Shown here piece by piece: positions 37,866 to 48,168 of a DNA stretch of 64,000 bases. Position 1 is the stretch's first letter; each line of letters starts with the position of its first letter. Source of the stretch: an uncultured Chloroflexia bacterium (GTDB lineage Bacteria; Chloroflexota; Limnocylindria; Limnocylindrales; CSP1-4); NCBI GenBank assembly GCA_963742075.1, contig CAVUKR010000006.1, positions 138,727-202,726 on the forward strand, read 5' to 3'. The position numbers were made by a program, and so were the translations under genes. The notes under the pieces were generated by a model. That model was not told the origin of the DNA. It saw nothing but the letters and a program-made list of their open reading frames with translations, and made no database searches.

Positions 37866-39683
37866 TCAGTGGTCGCCGGGGCCGAGCAGGCTGCGCAGCT
37901 CGTCCGTCATCGCGAGGAGTGGTGCGGTCTTGACCGTCATCGCCCCGTCGATGTCTCGTGCGACGACGCTGTTGACCCCGTTCCAGCGCGTCGCGTCGGT
38001 CGCAGGGTGATCGAGCCGGCTGTGCGCGCCGCGGCTCTCGGTCCGCTGGCGGGCGCTGCGCGTGATCGCCTCGGACACGATCAGCAGGTGCTCGAGCTCG
38101 AACACGAGGTTCCAGCCCGGGTTGAAGGCCCGGCCTCCGGTCACCCGGACCGCATCCAGCCGGCGACGGAGCTCGGCCAGGCCGACGAGCGCAGCGTCGA
38201 GGTCGGCCTCCTCGCGGTAGATCCCGACGAGGCGCTGCATCATCACCTGGAGGTCACGCTGGATGGCGTAGGCGTCCTCGCCGTCCTGCCGTTCGAGCGG
38301 TGCGCCCAGGTCGGCCGCGGCGGCCTGCACCTGGACCGGGTCGACGTACGGCTCGGCTTCGACCAGCGCGGCGTGCGCGGCCGCCGCGCTCCCCGTCCTG
38401 GCCCCGAAGACGAGGAGGTCGGACAGCGAGTTGCCGCCGAGGCGGTTGGCGCCGTGCATCCCGCCGGCGACCTCGCCGGCCGCGAACAGGCCGGGGACCC
38501 TCGTGGCGCCCGTGTCGGCATCGACCCGGATCCCGCCCATCGCGTAGTGGGTGGTCGGTCCGACCTCCATCGGTCCGGTCGTGATGTCGACGTCGGCGAG
38601 CTCCTTGAACTGTTCGTACATCGACGGAAGCTTGCGCCGCACGGTCTCGGGCGGCAGGTAGCTGATGTCCAGGAAGACGCCGCCGTGTGGGGAGCCGCGC
38701 CCCTCCTTGACCTCGGTGTAGATCGCCCGTGACACGTTGTCACGGGTCGACAGCTCGGGGGGCCGGCGGGCATCGGTCTCGCGACCCTCGGACAAGGCGG
38801 TCACCCAGCGGGCGGCCTCCTCGTCGGTCGCGGCGTACTCGGCGCGGCGTTCGTCGGGAAGGTAGTTCCACATGAACCGCTCGCCGTCCTTGTTGCGCAG
38901 GATCCCCCCCTCGCCGCGCACCGCCTCGGTCACGAGCAGGCCGCGGACGCCCGGCGGCCAGACCATCCCGGTCGGGTGGAACTGGACGAACTCCATGTCG
39001 ATCAGCTCGGCACCGGCCTCGTAGGCAAGGGCCTGGCCGTCGCCGCTGCACTCCCACGAGTTCGAGGTGACCTCGAACGCCCGGCCGAACCCGCCCGTCG
39101 CAAGGACGATCGCCCGCGCCGGGAAGAGGACCGGCTTGCCGCTCGTGCGCCAGTAGCCGAACGCCGCGGTGACGCCACCCTGACCGGTCACCAGCCGGGT
39201 GATCGTGCACTCCATGTAGACCTTGATACCGAGCGCGACCGCCCGATCCTGCAGGGTGCGGATCATCTCCAGGCCGGTCCGGTCGCCGACATGTGCCAGC
39301 CGCGCGTGCGAGTGGCCGCCGAACGGGCGCTGAAGGATCCGTCCGTCAGGGGTGCGGTCGAAGACGGCGCCCCACTGCTCGAGCTCGCGGACCCGGTCCG
39401 GGGACTCGGTGGCGTGCAGCTCCGCCATCCTCGGGTTGTTCAGGTACTTGCCGCCGACCATCGTGTCGCGGAAGTGGACCCGCCACGAGTCGGCCGCCGC
39501 GACATTCGCGAGTGCGGCGGCGACGCCTCCCTCGGCCATGACCGTATGCGCCTTGCCGAGCAGCGACTTGCAGACCAGGCCGACATCGGCGCCGGCGATC
39601 TTCGCGGCGATCGCGGCACGGAGACCCGCACCGCCGGCGCCGATCACGAGGACCTCGTGCCCGTGCGTCTCGAACGCCGCCAT
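37866..39683 (-). CDS. sdhA: Succinate dehydrogenase flavoprotein subunit
   Basis: Intact 605 aa with the FAD-binding GAGGAG motif and the SdhA/FrdA catalytic region. Confidence 0.95.
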   Translation of the reverse strand: MAAFETHGHEVLVIGAGGAGLRAAIAAKIAGADVGLVCKSLLGKAHTVMAEGGVAAALANVAAADSWRVHFRDTMVGGKYLNNPRMAELHATESPDRVRELEQWGAVFDRTPDGRILQRPFGGHSHARLAHVGDRTGLEMIRTLQDRAVALGIKVYMECTITRLVTGQGGVTAAFGYWRTSGKPVLFPARAIVLATGGFGRAFEVTSNSWECSGDGQALAYEAGAELIDMEFVQFHPTGMVWPPGVRGLLVTEAVRGEGGILRNKDGERFMWNYLPDERRAEYAATDEEAARWVTALSEGRETDARRPPELSTRDNVSRAIYTEVKEGRGSPHGGVFLDISYLPPETVRRKLPSMYEQFKELADVDITTGPMEVGPTTHYAMGGIRVDADTGATRVPGLFAAGEVAGGMHGANRLGGNSLSDLLVFGARTGSAAAAHAALVEAEPYVDPVQVQAAAADLGAPLERQDGEDAYAIQRDLQVMMQRLVGIYREEADLDAALVGLAELRRRLDAVRVTGGRAFNPGWNLVFELEHLLIVSEAITRSARQRTESRGAHSRLDHPATDATRWNGVNSVVARDIDGAMTVKTAPLLAMTDELRSLLGPGDH

Positions 39684-39703
39684 GTCGGGTGCGCGCCGTC
39701 CCG

Positions 39704-40519
39704 CTAGAACCGGATCGCCGGGTCGGTCAGGACCCCGAGGGCGAGCAGGTGGATGTACATGTCCGCGACCACCACCGAGACCAGGCTTGCCCAGGCCCAG
39801 ACCATGTGCCGCTCATTCAGGCCGCTCAGGCGCTTCCAGGCCGAGTAGCGCGTGCGGGTCGCCCGGGTGCAGGAGAAGCAGTCAAGCCGTCCCCCGACGA
39901 TGTGGCGAAGCGAGTGGCACGACGACACATACCCGGTCAGCAGGGCGACGTCTGCGACGAGGATGAGGCTACCCAGGCCGATGCGCAGGCCGCCCTCCGG
40001 CGCGAACGAGCCCATGACCTCGATCCAGTGGATCGCGAGCAGGAGCACCGCCGCGTAGAGGAAGAAACGGTGCAGGTTCTGGAGGATGAACGGGAATGCG
40101 CGCTCCATGCGATACCGGCGGTGGATCGTCGGCTCGCCGACGGCGCAGGCCGGCGGATCGACGAGATAGGCGCGGTAGTACGCCCTCCGGAAGTAGTAGC
40201 AGGTGATCCGGAAACCGATCGGGATCCACAGGGTCAGGATCGCGGGCGAGATGCCGAACGGGAGCGCCGTGCTGCGGAAGAACGGGGCGAAGAACGGCGA
40301 GGTGTAGCCGTCGACCTCGTAGCCGGTCCCGAACAGCGGCTTCCAGAGGAGTGCGCTGAACACCGAATAGAGGACGAGGACCGCCAGCCAGAACCCGACG
40401 CCGAGCGGCGACACCCACCAGCCGTCGAGCCGGCCGGTCTCGCCGAACCCGAGGGCGGCGCTCCCGGCGGGCTTGCGCGGTGGGCGGGCCGTCCGGAGAC
40501 TCGCCGGCAGTCCCGTCAT
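39704..40519 (-). CDS. sdhC: Succinate dehydrogenase cytochrome b subunit (membrane anchor)
   Basis: 271-aa polytopic C-terminal portion of ORF 39704..41440 starting MTGLPASL, with heme-ligand His residues. The start overlaps the icd stop (ATGA). The upstream ORF portion is an out-of-frame read of icd. Confidence 0.75.
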   Translation of the reverse strand: MTGLPASLRTARPPRKPAGSAALGFGETGRLDGWWVSPLGVGFWLAVLVLYSVFSALLWKPLFGTGYEVDGYTSPFFAPFFRSTALPFGISPAILTLWIPIGFRITCYYFRRAYYRAYLVDPPACAVGEPTIHRRYRMERAFPFILQNLHRFFLYAAVLLLAIHWIEVMGSFAPEGGLRIGLGSLILVADVALLTGYVSSCHSLRHIVGGRLDCFSCTRATRTRYSAWKRLSGLNERHMVWAWASLVSVVVADMYIHLLALGVLTDPAIRF

Positions 40520-41538
40520 CCGGTCACCCCGGACGAAGCCAGGCGCTCGATGATGGCGTCGGCGAAGCCGCGCGTCCCGGTCGAGCCGCCGAGGTCGTAG
40601 GTGGTGGCCCGCCCGTCGGCGATCGTGTCGCGGACCGCGGTCTCGAGGTTCGTCGCCGCGTCGGGGTAGCCGAGGTGGCGGAGCATCAGCGCCCCGGACA
40701 GGATCATCGCCGTCGGGTTCGCCTTGTCGAGTCCGGCGTACTTGGGCGCCGAGCCGTGGACCGGCTCGAAGACGGCCGCCTCCGTCCCGATGTTGGCGCC
40801 CGGCGCCACCCCGAGGCCGCCGACCAGCCCGGCGCACAGGTCGCTGACGATGTCGCCGTACAGGTTCGGCAGGACGAGGACGTCGTACAGCTCCGGCTTC
40901 TGGACGAGCTGCATGCACATGTTGTCGACGATGCGGTCCTCGAACTCGATCCGGCCCTCGTAGCCGGCCGCGATCGTCCGGCAGCTCTCGAGGAAGAGCC
41001 CGTCCGACAGCTTCATGATGTTGGCCTTGTGGACGGCCGTGACCTTGTGCCGTCCGTTCGCCACGGCGTACTCGAAGGCGTAGCGGGCGATCCGCTCGGA
41101 GGCAAAGCGGGTGATGATCTTGATGCTCTCGGCGGCGTCGCGACCGACCATGTGCTCGATGCCGGCGTAGAGGTCCTCGGTGTTCTCGCGGACGATGATC
41201 AGGTCGACGTCCTCGTAGCGAGTGTCGAGGCCCTTCATCGAGCGGGCCGGCCGCAGGTTGGCGTACAGGTCGAGCGCCTGGCGGAGCGAGACGTTGACGC
41301 TCCGGAAGCCGGCACCGACGGGCGTGGTGATCGGTCCCTTGAGCGCGACCTTGTTGCGTCGCACGGATTCGAGGACGACGTCCGGGAGCGGGGTGCCGTA
41401 CTGCGCGATGGCCGATTCGCCGGCCTCGACCGACTCCCATTCGAAGCCGATCCCCGTGGCGTCGAGGACGCGGGTGGTCGCCTCCGCCAGCTCCGGCCCG
41501 ATGCCGTCGCCGGGGATCAGGGTGACACGGTGGGCCAT
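40516..41538 (-). CDS. icd: NAD-dependent isocitrate dehydrogenase (isocitrate/isopropylmalate dehydrogenase family)
   Basis: 340 aa with GDGIGPE...[13 protein letters not shown]...[19 protein letters not shown], closely resembling IDH3-type NAD-IDH. It heads the sdhCAB operon. Confidence 0.75.
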   Translation of the reverse strand: MAHRVTLIPGDGIGPELAEATTRVLDATGIGFEWESVEAGESAIAQYGTPLPDVVLESVRRNKVALKGPITTPVGAGFRSVNVSLRQALDLYANLRPARSMKGLDTRYEDVDLIIVRENTEDLYAGIEHMVGRDAAESIKIITRFASERIARYAFEYAVANGRHKVTAVHKANIMKLSDGLFLESCRTIAAGYEGRIEFEDRIVDNMCMQLVQKPELYDVLVLPNLYGDIVSDLCAGLVGGLGVAPGANIGTEAAVFEPVHGSAPKYAGLDKANPTAMILSGALMLRHLGYPDAATNLETAVRDTIADGRATTYDLGGSTGTRGFADAIIERLASSGVTG

Positions 41539-41738
41539 GAGGCCATTCTAGTCGTGCGACGGAGCGGCGGCCGGCTCGACTCGGGTCGAACCGGCCGCGA
41601 TGGAGCCGCGCCGACGATCAGGGCGCCACGCCTTGCCAGGTCCGGGGCGCTCCGGCTTCACATTCGTTCGGGACGCCGAAACGGCCGACCCAGCCCAGTG
41701 GGCAGGTCGGCCGTCGGAACGCGACGATCAGGTGCTGG

Positions 41739-42865
41739 TCAGGGCGCCAGACGCTGCCAGGTCGCCGCTTGGGCGATGCTCGGGGGGAGCTGCGTGCCCG
41801 GCGTCGTCCCGGTGGGGTCGAGCAGCCAGGTCGATCCGTCTGAATTGTAGTGAGCCAGCACCTTCGAACCATCGGGAGAGAATTGGTACTCGCCCCCGGT
41901 CGCGTCGTTCGGCATCGCGGGTCCGATCTGAACGCGGGGACCCCCGGTCGCCGGCGCGACCACGAGGTGGTTGTCGGCTCCGAGGACATACCTGATGAAC
42001 AGGAGCCGCTTGCTGTCGGGCGACCAGGTCGGCGTGTCATCGACCATCGCCGCGTCCGATGGCGGGTCGAATGCCGGGATCGAGTCGAGGCCCTTGTCAA
42101 CGTCGATGACATGGATCACGCCCACGGTCCCGTCAAGGACCTGGTAGGCGATCTTCGTACCGTCCGGCGAGAGGCTCGCACCGTCGCCCTTGGTCGTCGC
42201 CAGGATCGTCCGGAGCCCATGGCCGTCGGCACCCACCGCATACAGGCCGTCTCCCTGGCTCGTCATACCCCGGAAGGTGACCTCCCGGTCGTCCGGCCGG
42301 AACGCGACGTACGCCGCCGCCATGCCCGCTGGTATCGATGACGACCGGCTTCGTCGAGCCGTCGAGCGAGAGGACCTGGAGCACCGGCGCCGAATTCGAC
42401 GCCCGATGACACGGCCACCATCGTGCCGTCATGTGACCATGCGGTGTTGCCGATAAAACTGCCGAAGTTCGGGATGGCCCCCGTCAGGGGTCGGACGTCG
42501 CCGCCGTCGGCGTTCGCCACCATGATCATCGGCTCGAGGAGGCCGACGCCTTGATCCCGGGTGGTCGCTATCCCGGAGGAAGAGGAGTCTCGTGCCGTCG
42601 GGCGAAAGCAACGGGCGATGGTCTCCCGTCGAGCCGGTGATCAAGACCGTCGTCGCGCCTGTCACGGGATCGAGCGCGTAGATGTCGTTGTCGGTCGCGC
42701 CGTAGAGGATCGCCCCGTTCCGCGCGAGGCCGATTGGCGGTGCCGGTTGGCGATGTCGAGAGCCGATCGCCAGGGTCGGCCACGCCGAGCGCGGCCACGA
42801 GTCAAGGCGACGACGAGGAGCCAGGCGATCCTGGGGACGGGTGCGAGACGGAGCGTCGTTTGCAT
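41739..42865 (-). pseudogene. Secreted TolB-like beta-propeller (WD40-like) protein, fragmented by at least four frameshifts
   Basis: Signal peptide MQTTLRLAPVPRIAWLLVVALT. Propeller blades (LLSPDGTRLLFL, SLSPDGTKIAYQ, WSPDSKRLLFI, FSPDGSKVLAHY) are spread over ORFs 42429..43085, 42263..42529 and 41739..42323 in different frames. Confidence 0.65.
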
Positions 42866-43041
42866 GGGGAGCCACCTTTCGAGGCTCGACCACCACGGCC
42901 GCTGTCGTGCCCGGGTCGTCCGGGTGAGGATCTCGTCGAGGTAGCCGGGCATGCCATGCCCAGCCTGCTCGTCGAGCCAGTCGGAGACGGTCCGGTCGAA
43001 GCCATCGTTGCAGCGTCATGCGAAATCGGCCCTCCGGGACG

Positions 43042-43578
43042 TCAGCCGATCGAGGTCGCGCATCGGCGTCGAGCGCGGCTCGCATGGACTGGAGCGCTCG
43101 GTGAAGGCGCGATTTCGCCGTTCCCGAGCGGGATCCCGAGCGCGATGGCGACTTCGGGCAGCGGCAGGTCGAGGTAGTGATGAAGGACGATGAGGGCCCG
43201 CGCCTCCGGCTCGAGGCGGCTGAAGCCGCGGTCGAGCTGGTCGCGGTCGCTGATCGACGACGTCATGTCGTCGACCAGCGGTGAGTCGATCGGGGTCAGT
43301 TCCACGTCGACGCGATGGCGCCGCAGCCGGCGCGCCTCATCGATGCAGGCGCGGTACAGCAGGCGGTGGAGCCAGGCGTCGAAGCGGTCGGGACTGCGCA
43401 ACGTGGGCAGGTCACGCCAGGCGCGGACGAGCGTCTCCTGGACGGCGTCCTTGGCCTGGTCGGGGTCGCGCAGGATGAGCCGGGCGGCGGCGTCCAGCCG
43501 GAAGAGCGCGGCGCCTGCCAGCACGGCGAAGGCGTCATGATCGCCCCGTCGCGCTCGCTCCACGAGTTCCTGCTGCAT
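43042..43578 (-). pseudogene. ECF (sigma-70 family) RNA polymerase sigma factor, C-terminal frameshift
   Basis: Regions 2 and 4 are present ([17 protein letters not shown]...ARALIVLHHYLDLPLPEVAIALGIPLG). The frame is lost at about 43100 before the end of the region-4 HTH. The start is M41 of the ORF. Confidence 0.7.
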
Positions 43579-43724
43579 CACGCCCCTCGGCGGTGGCGCG
43601 GCCATCGTGGCCGCGCTCACTGAGTATGGCGAGGCGACCGTCACGGTTCGTTCCGGAATCGTCCGGCGGGCGATGCCGCGGACCATCGGCCCCCGCACGC
43701 CGCCACGAGGAGCCCGCGCGCCTC

Positions 43725-44900
43725 GTGAAGATCCAGGAAGCCGACGCCAAGACCCTGCTCCTCGCCCAGGGCCTCCCCGTGCCGCCGTGGGAGGTCGCGC
43801 GCACGGCGGCCGAGGCGCGCAGCGCGGCCGAGCGGATCCTCGCGGCGGGTGCGACGGCGGTCGTGATCAAGGCCCAGGTCCTCGTCGGCGGACGCGGCAA
43901 GGCGGGCGGCGTGAAGCTGGCCGCCACGCCCGACGAGGCCGAACGGGTCGCCGGCGCGATCCTCGGGATGGAGATCAAGGGCATCACGGTCCGGAAGGTG
44001 CTGGTCGCGGCCGCGGCCGACATCGCCCGCGAGTTCTACATGTCCGCCGTCCTCGACCGGGCCGCCGGCCGGATCCTGCTGATGGGCTCGGCGGAGGGCG
44101 GCGTCGAGATCGAGCAGGTGGCGGTAGCCCACCCCGAGGCGATCATCCGGCACCACGCCGATCCGCTCCTCGGGCTGCTCGACTACCAGGCCCGCGGATT
44201 CGCGTTCTCGATGGGCCTCGGCGGCCACCTCAAGGCTGCCGTCGCGATCGCGAAGGGCCTCGTCCGGACGATGCTCGCCTACGATGCCGACCTCGTCGAG
44301 ATCAACCCGCTCGCGATCGTCCGCGAGACCGGTGCCGACGGCGCCGTGGTCGAGCGGCTCGTCTGCCTCGACGCCAAGGTCACGCTCGACGACTCCGGGC
44401 TCGACCGCCACCCGGGACTCGAGGACCTGCGCGACCCGGACGAGGAGGATCCCGCCGACCGCGAGGCGCGCGAGGCCGGCCTGACGTTCATCAAGCTCGA
44501 CGGCACGATCGGCTGCATGGTCAACGGCGCGGGACTGGCGATGACCACGATGGACCTCGTCAAGCGGGCAGGCGGCGAGCCGGCCAACTTCCTCGACATC
44601 GGCGGCGGGGCGCGGGCGGACCGGGTCGCGGCGGCGATGCGGATCATCCTGGGCGACCCGAAGGTCGACGCGATCCTCGTCAACATCTTCGGCGGCATCA
44701 CCCGGGGCGACGAGGTCGCCCGCGGTCTGATCGAGGCGCGCGCGGTCCAGGAGCGCGACGTGCCGATGATCGTGCGCATCGTCGGCACCAACGCGGCCGA
44801 GGCCGCCGCCCTGCTCGAGCAGGCGAACTTCGCCACGGCAACTTCGCTCGACGACGCTGCCGCCAAGGCCGTCGCGGCCTCGCGGGGAGCCACCGCATGA
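43725..44900 (+). CDS. sucC: Succinate--CoA ligase [ADP-forming] subunit beta
   Basis: [20 protein letters not shown]... The GTG start at 43725 is preceded by GAGGAG. ATP-grasp domain and CoA-ligase motifs are present. The ORF-track start at 43593 is an upstream extension. Confidence 0.9.
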   Translation: MKIQEADAKTLLLAQGLPVPPWEVARTAAEARSAAERILAAGATAVVIKAQVLVGGRGKAGGVKLAATPDEAERVAGAILGMEIKGITVRKVLVAAAADIAREFYMSAVLDRAAGRILLMGSAEGGVEIEQVAVAHPEAIIRHHADPLLGLLDYQARGFAFSMGLGGHLKAAVAIAKGLVRTMLAYDADLVEINPLAIVRETGADGAVVERLVCLDAKVTLDDSGLDRHPGLEDLRDPDEEDPADREAREAGLTFIKLDGTIGCMVNGAGLAMTTMDLVKRAGGEPANFLDIGGGARADRVAAAMRIILGDPKVDAILVNIFGGITRGDEVARGLIEARAVQERDVPMIVRIVGTNAAEAAALLEQANFATATSLDDAAAKAVAASRGATA

Positions 44901-45781
44901 GCGTCCTCGTCGGACCCTGGACCCGGCTCGTCGTACAGGGCATCACCGGGCGCGAGGGCGAGTTCCACAGCCGCGCGATGCAGGCGTACGGGACGCAGAT
45001 CGTCGCCGGGATGACCCCGGGCAAGGGCGGCCAGGTCGCCCTCGACGGCACCGTCCCGGTCTTCGACACCGTGGCCGAGGCGGTCCGCCAGACCGGCGCG
45101 AACACGTCCTGCATCTTCGTGCCGGCCGGCGGCGCGCCGGACGCGATCATGGAGGCCGCCGCAGCCGGGATCGCCACGATCTTCTGCATCACCGAGGGCA
45201 TCCCCGCGCTCGACATGATCCCGGCTGTCGAGATGGTCCGGCGGGCCGGCGCGACGCTCGTCGGACCGAACTGCCCGGGCGCCACCTCGCCCGGCTCGGC
45301 CAAGGTCGGGATCATCCCCGGCTCGGTCCACCGCGAGGGCCGCGTCGGGGTCGTGAGCCGGTCGGGCACGCTCACCTACGAGGCGGTCCAGGCGATGACC
45401 GACGCCGGCGTCGGTCAATCCACCTGCATCGGGATCGGCGGTGACCCGATCATCGGCACGACCCACCTCGACGTCCTGAAGCTGTTCGCCGAGGACGCGG
45501 AGACCGAGGCGATCGTCCTGATCGGCGAGATCGGCGGGGCCGCGGAGGAAGAGGCCGCCGCCTGGGCGGCCGAGCATCTCGCCCACCTCCCGAAGGTCGC
45601 GTTCATCGCCGGCCGGACGGCGCCCGAGGGCAAGCGGATGGGCCACGCCGGCGCGATCATCTCGGGTGGTGCCGGGACAGCAGCCTCCAAGGTGGCGGCG
45701 CTCGAGGCTGCCGGCTTCCGGGTGGCCGGCTCCCCGACAGAGCTCCCGGCGCTCCTGCGTGACGCCGGCTTCCGCGGCTAG
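44897..45781 (+). CDS. sucD: Succinate--CoA ligase [ADP-forming] subunit alpha
   Basis: 294 aa starting [21 protein letters not shown] with the phospho-His loop ([10 protein letters not shown]). The ATG overlaps the sucC stop. The 724-aa ORF track entry is an alternative-frame artefact. Confidence 0.9.
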   Translation: MSVLVGPWTRLVVQGITGREGEFHSRAMQAYGTQIVAGMTPGKGGQVALDGTVPVFDTVAEAVRQTGANTSCIFVPAGGAPDAIMEAAAAGIATIFCITEGIPALDMIPAVEMVRRAGATLVGPNCPGATSPGSAKVGIIPGSVHREGRVGVVSRSGTLTYEAVQAMTDAGVGQSTCIGIGGDPIIGTTHLDVLKLFAEDAETEAIVLIGEIGGAAEEEAAAWAAEHLAHLPKVAFIAGRTAPEGKRMGHAGAIISGGAGTAASKVAALEAAGFRVAGSPTELPALLRDAGFRG

Positions 45782-45813
45782 GCCGACCCGATGCAGCCGA
45801 CGGACGATCTGCC

Positions 45814-46287
45814 GTGAGCCGGCTGATGGACCTCGTCGCCGGCGAGGCGCCGGCGATCCTGATGGCCATCGGTCTCGACGACCTAGATTCGCTTGACGAC
45901 CGGGGCCGGTTCGCCGCGCATCTGGCGCTCGGCAGCGGCCTCGATCCGACCTGGCTCGACCTATTCGCCGAGGCAGTCCGGAACGTGACCGGTGGCGACG
46001 AGCCGGTCGACTTCATCGATGCCCGGCTCGAGATCGACGCCCCAGACGACGACGACGAACGGACGATCGAGCGGGTGGACCCGACCTGGATCACGACGGT
46101 GGCGATGATCCCGCAGCACGACCTCGGCGCGATCGCGGGACGCTGGATCGAGCTGGTCGAGGACGAGCTTGGTGGGCTGCCGCGTGAGGAGAAGCCCTGG
46201 ATCCGCGACCTGACCGGCCGCCTCGTGTCGTTCTGCCAGGCGGCCGATCGCGCGCCGGACGTGCTGTTCGCGTGGTCCATCCGTTGA
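45814..46287 (+). CDS. Hypothetical acidic protein
   Basis: 157-aa ORF with coding-like composition, downstream of sucD; no recognisable domain. Confidence 0.4.
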   Translation: MSRLMDLVAGEAPAILMAIGLDDLDSLDDRGRFAAHLALGSGLDPTWLDLFAEAVRNVTGGDEPVDFIDARLEIDAPDDDDERTIERVDPTWITTVAMIPQHDLGAIAGRWIELVEDELGGLPREEKPWIRDLTGRLVSFCQAADRAPDVLFAWSIR

Positions 46288-47132
46288 CCGACGCGACGCC
46301 GGACCGCGTGGCGTCATTCGAGGTCAATCGGTCACTCTGGGATGCCTGGACGACCGTCCACGCGACCGGCGACTTCTACGACCTCGAAGGCTTCAAGGCG
46401 GGCGGGGTGCGGATCCGGCCGTACGAGATCGACCTGCTCGGAGAGGTCACCGGACGGTCACTCCTCCATCTCCAGTGCCATTTCGGGATCGACACCCTGT
46501 CGTGGGCACGGCTCGGGGCGCGGGTCACGGGCGCCGACTTCTCGCCTGCCGCCATCGAACTCGCACGCTCGCTGGCGGACGAACTCGGGTTTCCGGACGC
46601 CCGCTTCGTCTGCTCGAACCTGTACGACCTCCCGGACATGCTCGACGGCACCTTCGACATCGTCTACACCTCGCGTGGCGTCCTCGGCTGGCTGCCGGAC
46701 ATCCGCGCGTGGGCGCGTGTCGTGGCCCACTTCCTGGCGCCCGGCGGACGATTCTTCATCACCGAGGTCCACCCGGTCATCCAGGCCTTCGAGGACGAGG
46801 ACGTCGAGCCCGGCGAGCTGCGCCTGCGCTACCCGTACTGGGAACACCCCGACCCACTGGTCTTCGAGGTCAAGGGCTCCTATGCCGATCCCGATGCCGA
46901 CGTCGGCGAGCAGGCCGAGCACGGCTGGGATCACGGCCTCGGCGAGATCGTGACCGCCCTGATCGACGCCGGCCTGCGCATCGAGACCCTGGTCGAGCAT
47001 CCGTTCCTCGACTGGAAGGTGGGCTTCCTGGTCGATGACGGGACGGGGCTCTGGCGCCTGCCGCCCGGCGCGGGCGGCGAGCTGCCGCTGATGTTCTCGC
47101 TGGTGGCGGCCAAGCCGACGTCGTCCGCCTGA
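46272..47132 (+). CDS. Class I SAM-dependent methyltransferase
   Basis: SAM-binding motif LHLQCHFGIDTLSWARLGARVTGADFS and motif II DIVYTSRGVLGWL. Confidence 0.7.
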   Translation: MVHPLTDATPDRVASFEVNRSLWDAWTTVHATGDFYDLEGFKAGGVRIRPYEIDLLGEVTGRSLLHLQCHFGIDTLSWARLGARVTGADFSPAAIELARSLADELGFPDARFVCSNLYDLPDMLDGTFDIVYTSRGVLGWLPDIRAWARVVAHFLAPGGRFFITEVHPVIQAFEDEDVEPGELRLRYPYWEHPDPLVFEVKGSYADPDADVGEQAEHGWDHGLGEIVTALIDAGLRIETLVEHPFLDWKVGFLVDDGTGLWRLPPGAGGELPLMFSLVAAKPTSSA

Positions 47133-47146
47133 TCGCTCAGAGCGCC

Positions 47147-47620
47147 TCAGTACCCGAGCGACCCCCACGACGGCCCGCCGGGCGCCTCGATCAGCTCGAC
47201 GAGGACGCCGTGACACGAGCGCGGATGGAGGAAGGCGACCGGTCCCTCCGCCCCGCGGCGGGGCGCCGAGTCGATGAGCTCGATCCCGTCGATCTCGAGG
47301 CGGATGAGCGCCTCGGCGAGGTTCGGGACCTCGAAGCAGACGTGATGGAAGCCCTCGCCCTTGGCCTCGAGGAAGCGGGCGACCCCGGTCGTGTCGTCGG
47401 TCGGTTCGACCAGCTCGATCTTCGACTCGCCGACCCCGAGGAAGGCGATCCGGACGCGGTCGTCGGGGATGTCCAGGACGGTCTCGAGGTCGAGCGCGAG
47501 CGCATCCCGCCACAGGCCGAACGAGGCCTCGATCGATCGCACGACGAGCGCGACGTGGTGGACCTTGCCGAGGCGATGGACGGCCGCGGGGAGGCGCGCG
47601 GGTGGCGTCGTCCGTGGCAT
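47147..47620 (-). CDS. Methylmalonyl-CoA epimerase (VOC/glyoxalase family)
   Basis: 157 aa (HHVALVV...GFHHVCFEV...HGVLVELIE), in the neighbourhood of mcm and pcc. Confidence 0.7.
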   Translation of the reverse strand: MPRTTPPARLPAAVHRLGKVHHVALVVRSIEASFGLWRDALALDLETVLDIPDDRVRIAFLGVGESKIELVEPTDDTTGVARFLEAKGEGFHHVCFEVPNLAEALIRLEIDGIELIDSAPRRGAEGPVAFLHPRSCHGVLVELIEAPGGPSWGSLGY

Positions 47621-47643
47621 GGCCGCAGCGTACCCTGTCCCCC

Positions 47644-48168
47644 ATGACGACGGCAGACCCGATCAGCGGCGTGGTCGTCCGGGTCGCCCTGCCGCCCGGC
47701 CTGGCGCGGCTCCGTCTCGGGGACGACATGGCCGCCGCCGTCGGCGCCCCGCCGCACATCACGCTCCTCTACCCGTTCGTGCCGGTCGACCGGCTGCGCC
47801 CCGAGGTCCGGCGCGACCTGGCCGGGATCGCCGCGTCGGTCGAGCCGTTCGAGGTCCGGTTCGCCAGGGTCGGGCGCTTCCCGACGGCGATCTACCTCGT
47901 CCCCGAGCCGTCGGCGCCCTTCGCCGCGCTGACCGCCGCGATCGAGGCCCGCTTCCCGGACCACCCGCCGTACGAGGGGGCGTTCGACGACGTCATCCCC
48001 CATCTCACGCTCGTCGAGTCCGGCACGGTCGACCTCGGCCGGATCGCCGCGACCGCCGAGCGGTTCCTGCCGTTCACGCGCCGCGTCGCGGCCATCGAGC
48101 TGCTCGTCGAGGACGGCACCGGGCGCTGGCACGGCCGCTGGCGGCTCCGCCTCGGGGTCAGACCGTGA
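47644..48168 (+). CDS. 2H phosphoesterase superfamily protein (LigT / 2'-5' RNA ligase-like)
   Basis: Two H-x-T-x motifs (HITLLY and HLTLVE). The start is probably the internal Met at 47644. The 3' end overlaps convergent mcm by about 11 nt. Confidence 0.6.
   Translation: MTTADPISGVVVRVALPPGLARLRLGDDMAAAVGAPPHITLLYPFVPVDRLRPEVRRDLAGIAASVEPFEVRFARVGRFPTAIYLVPEPSAPFAALTAAIEARFPDHPPYEGAFDDVIPHLTLVESGTVDLGRIAATAERFLPFTRRVAAIELLVEDGTGRWHGRWRLRLGVRP

Noticed and set aside
43607-45781. 724-aa ORF spanning sucC and sucD
   Set aside because: An alternative-frame read-through of sucC (Arg/Gly/Pro-rich). Only its last 294 aa, in-frame SucD, are real.
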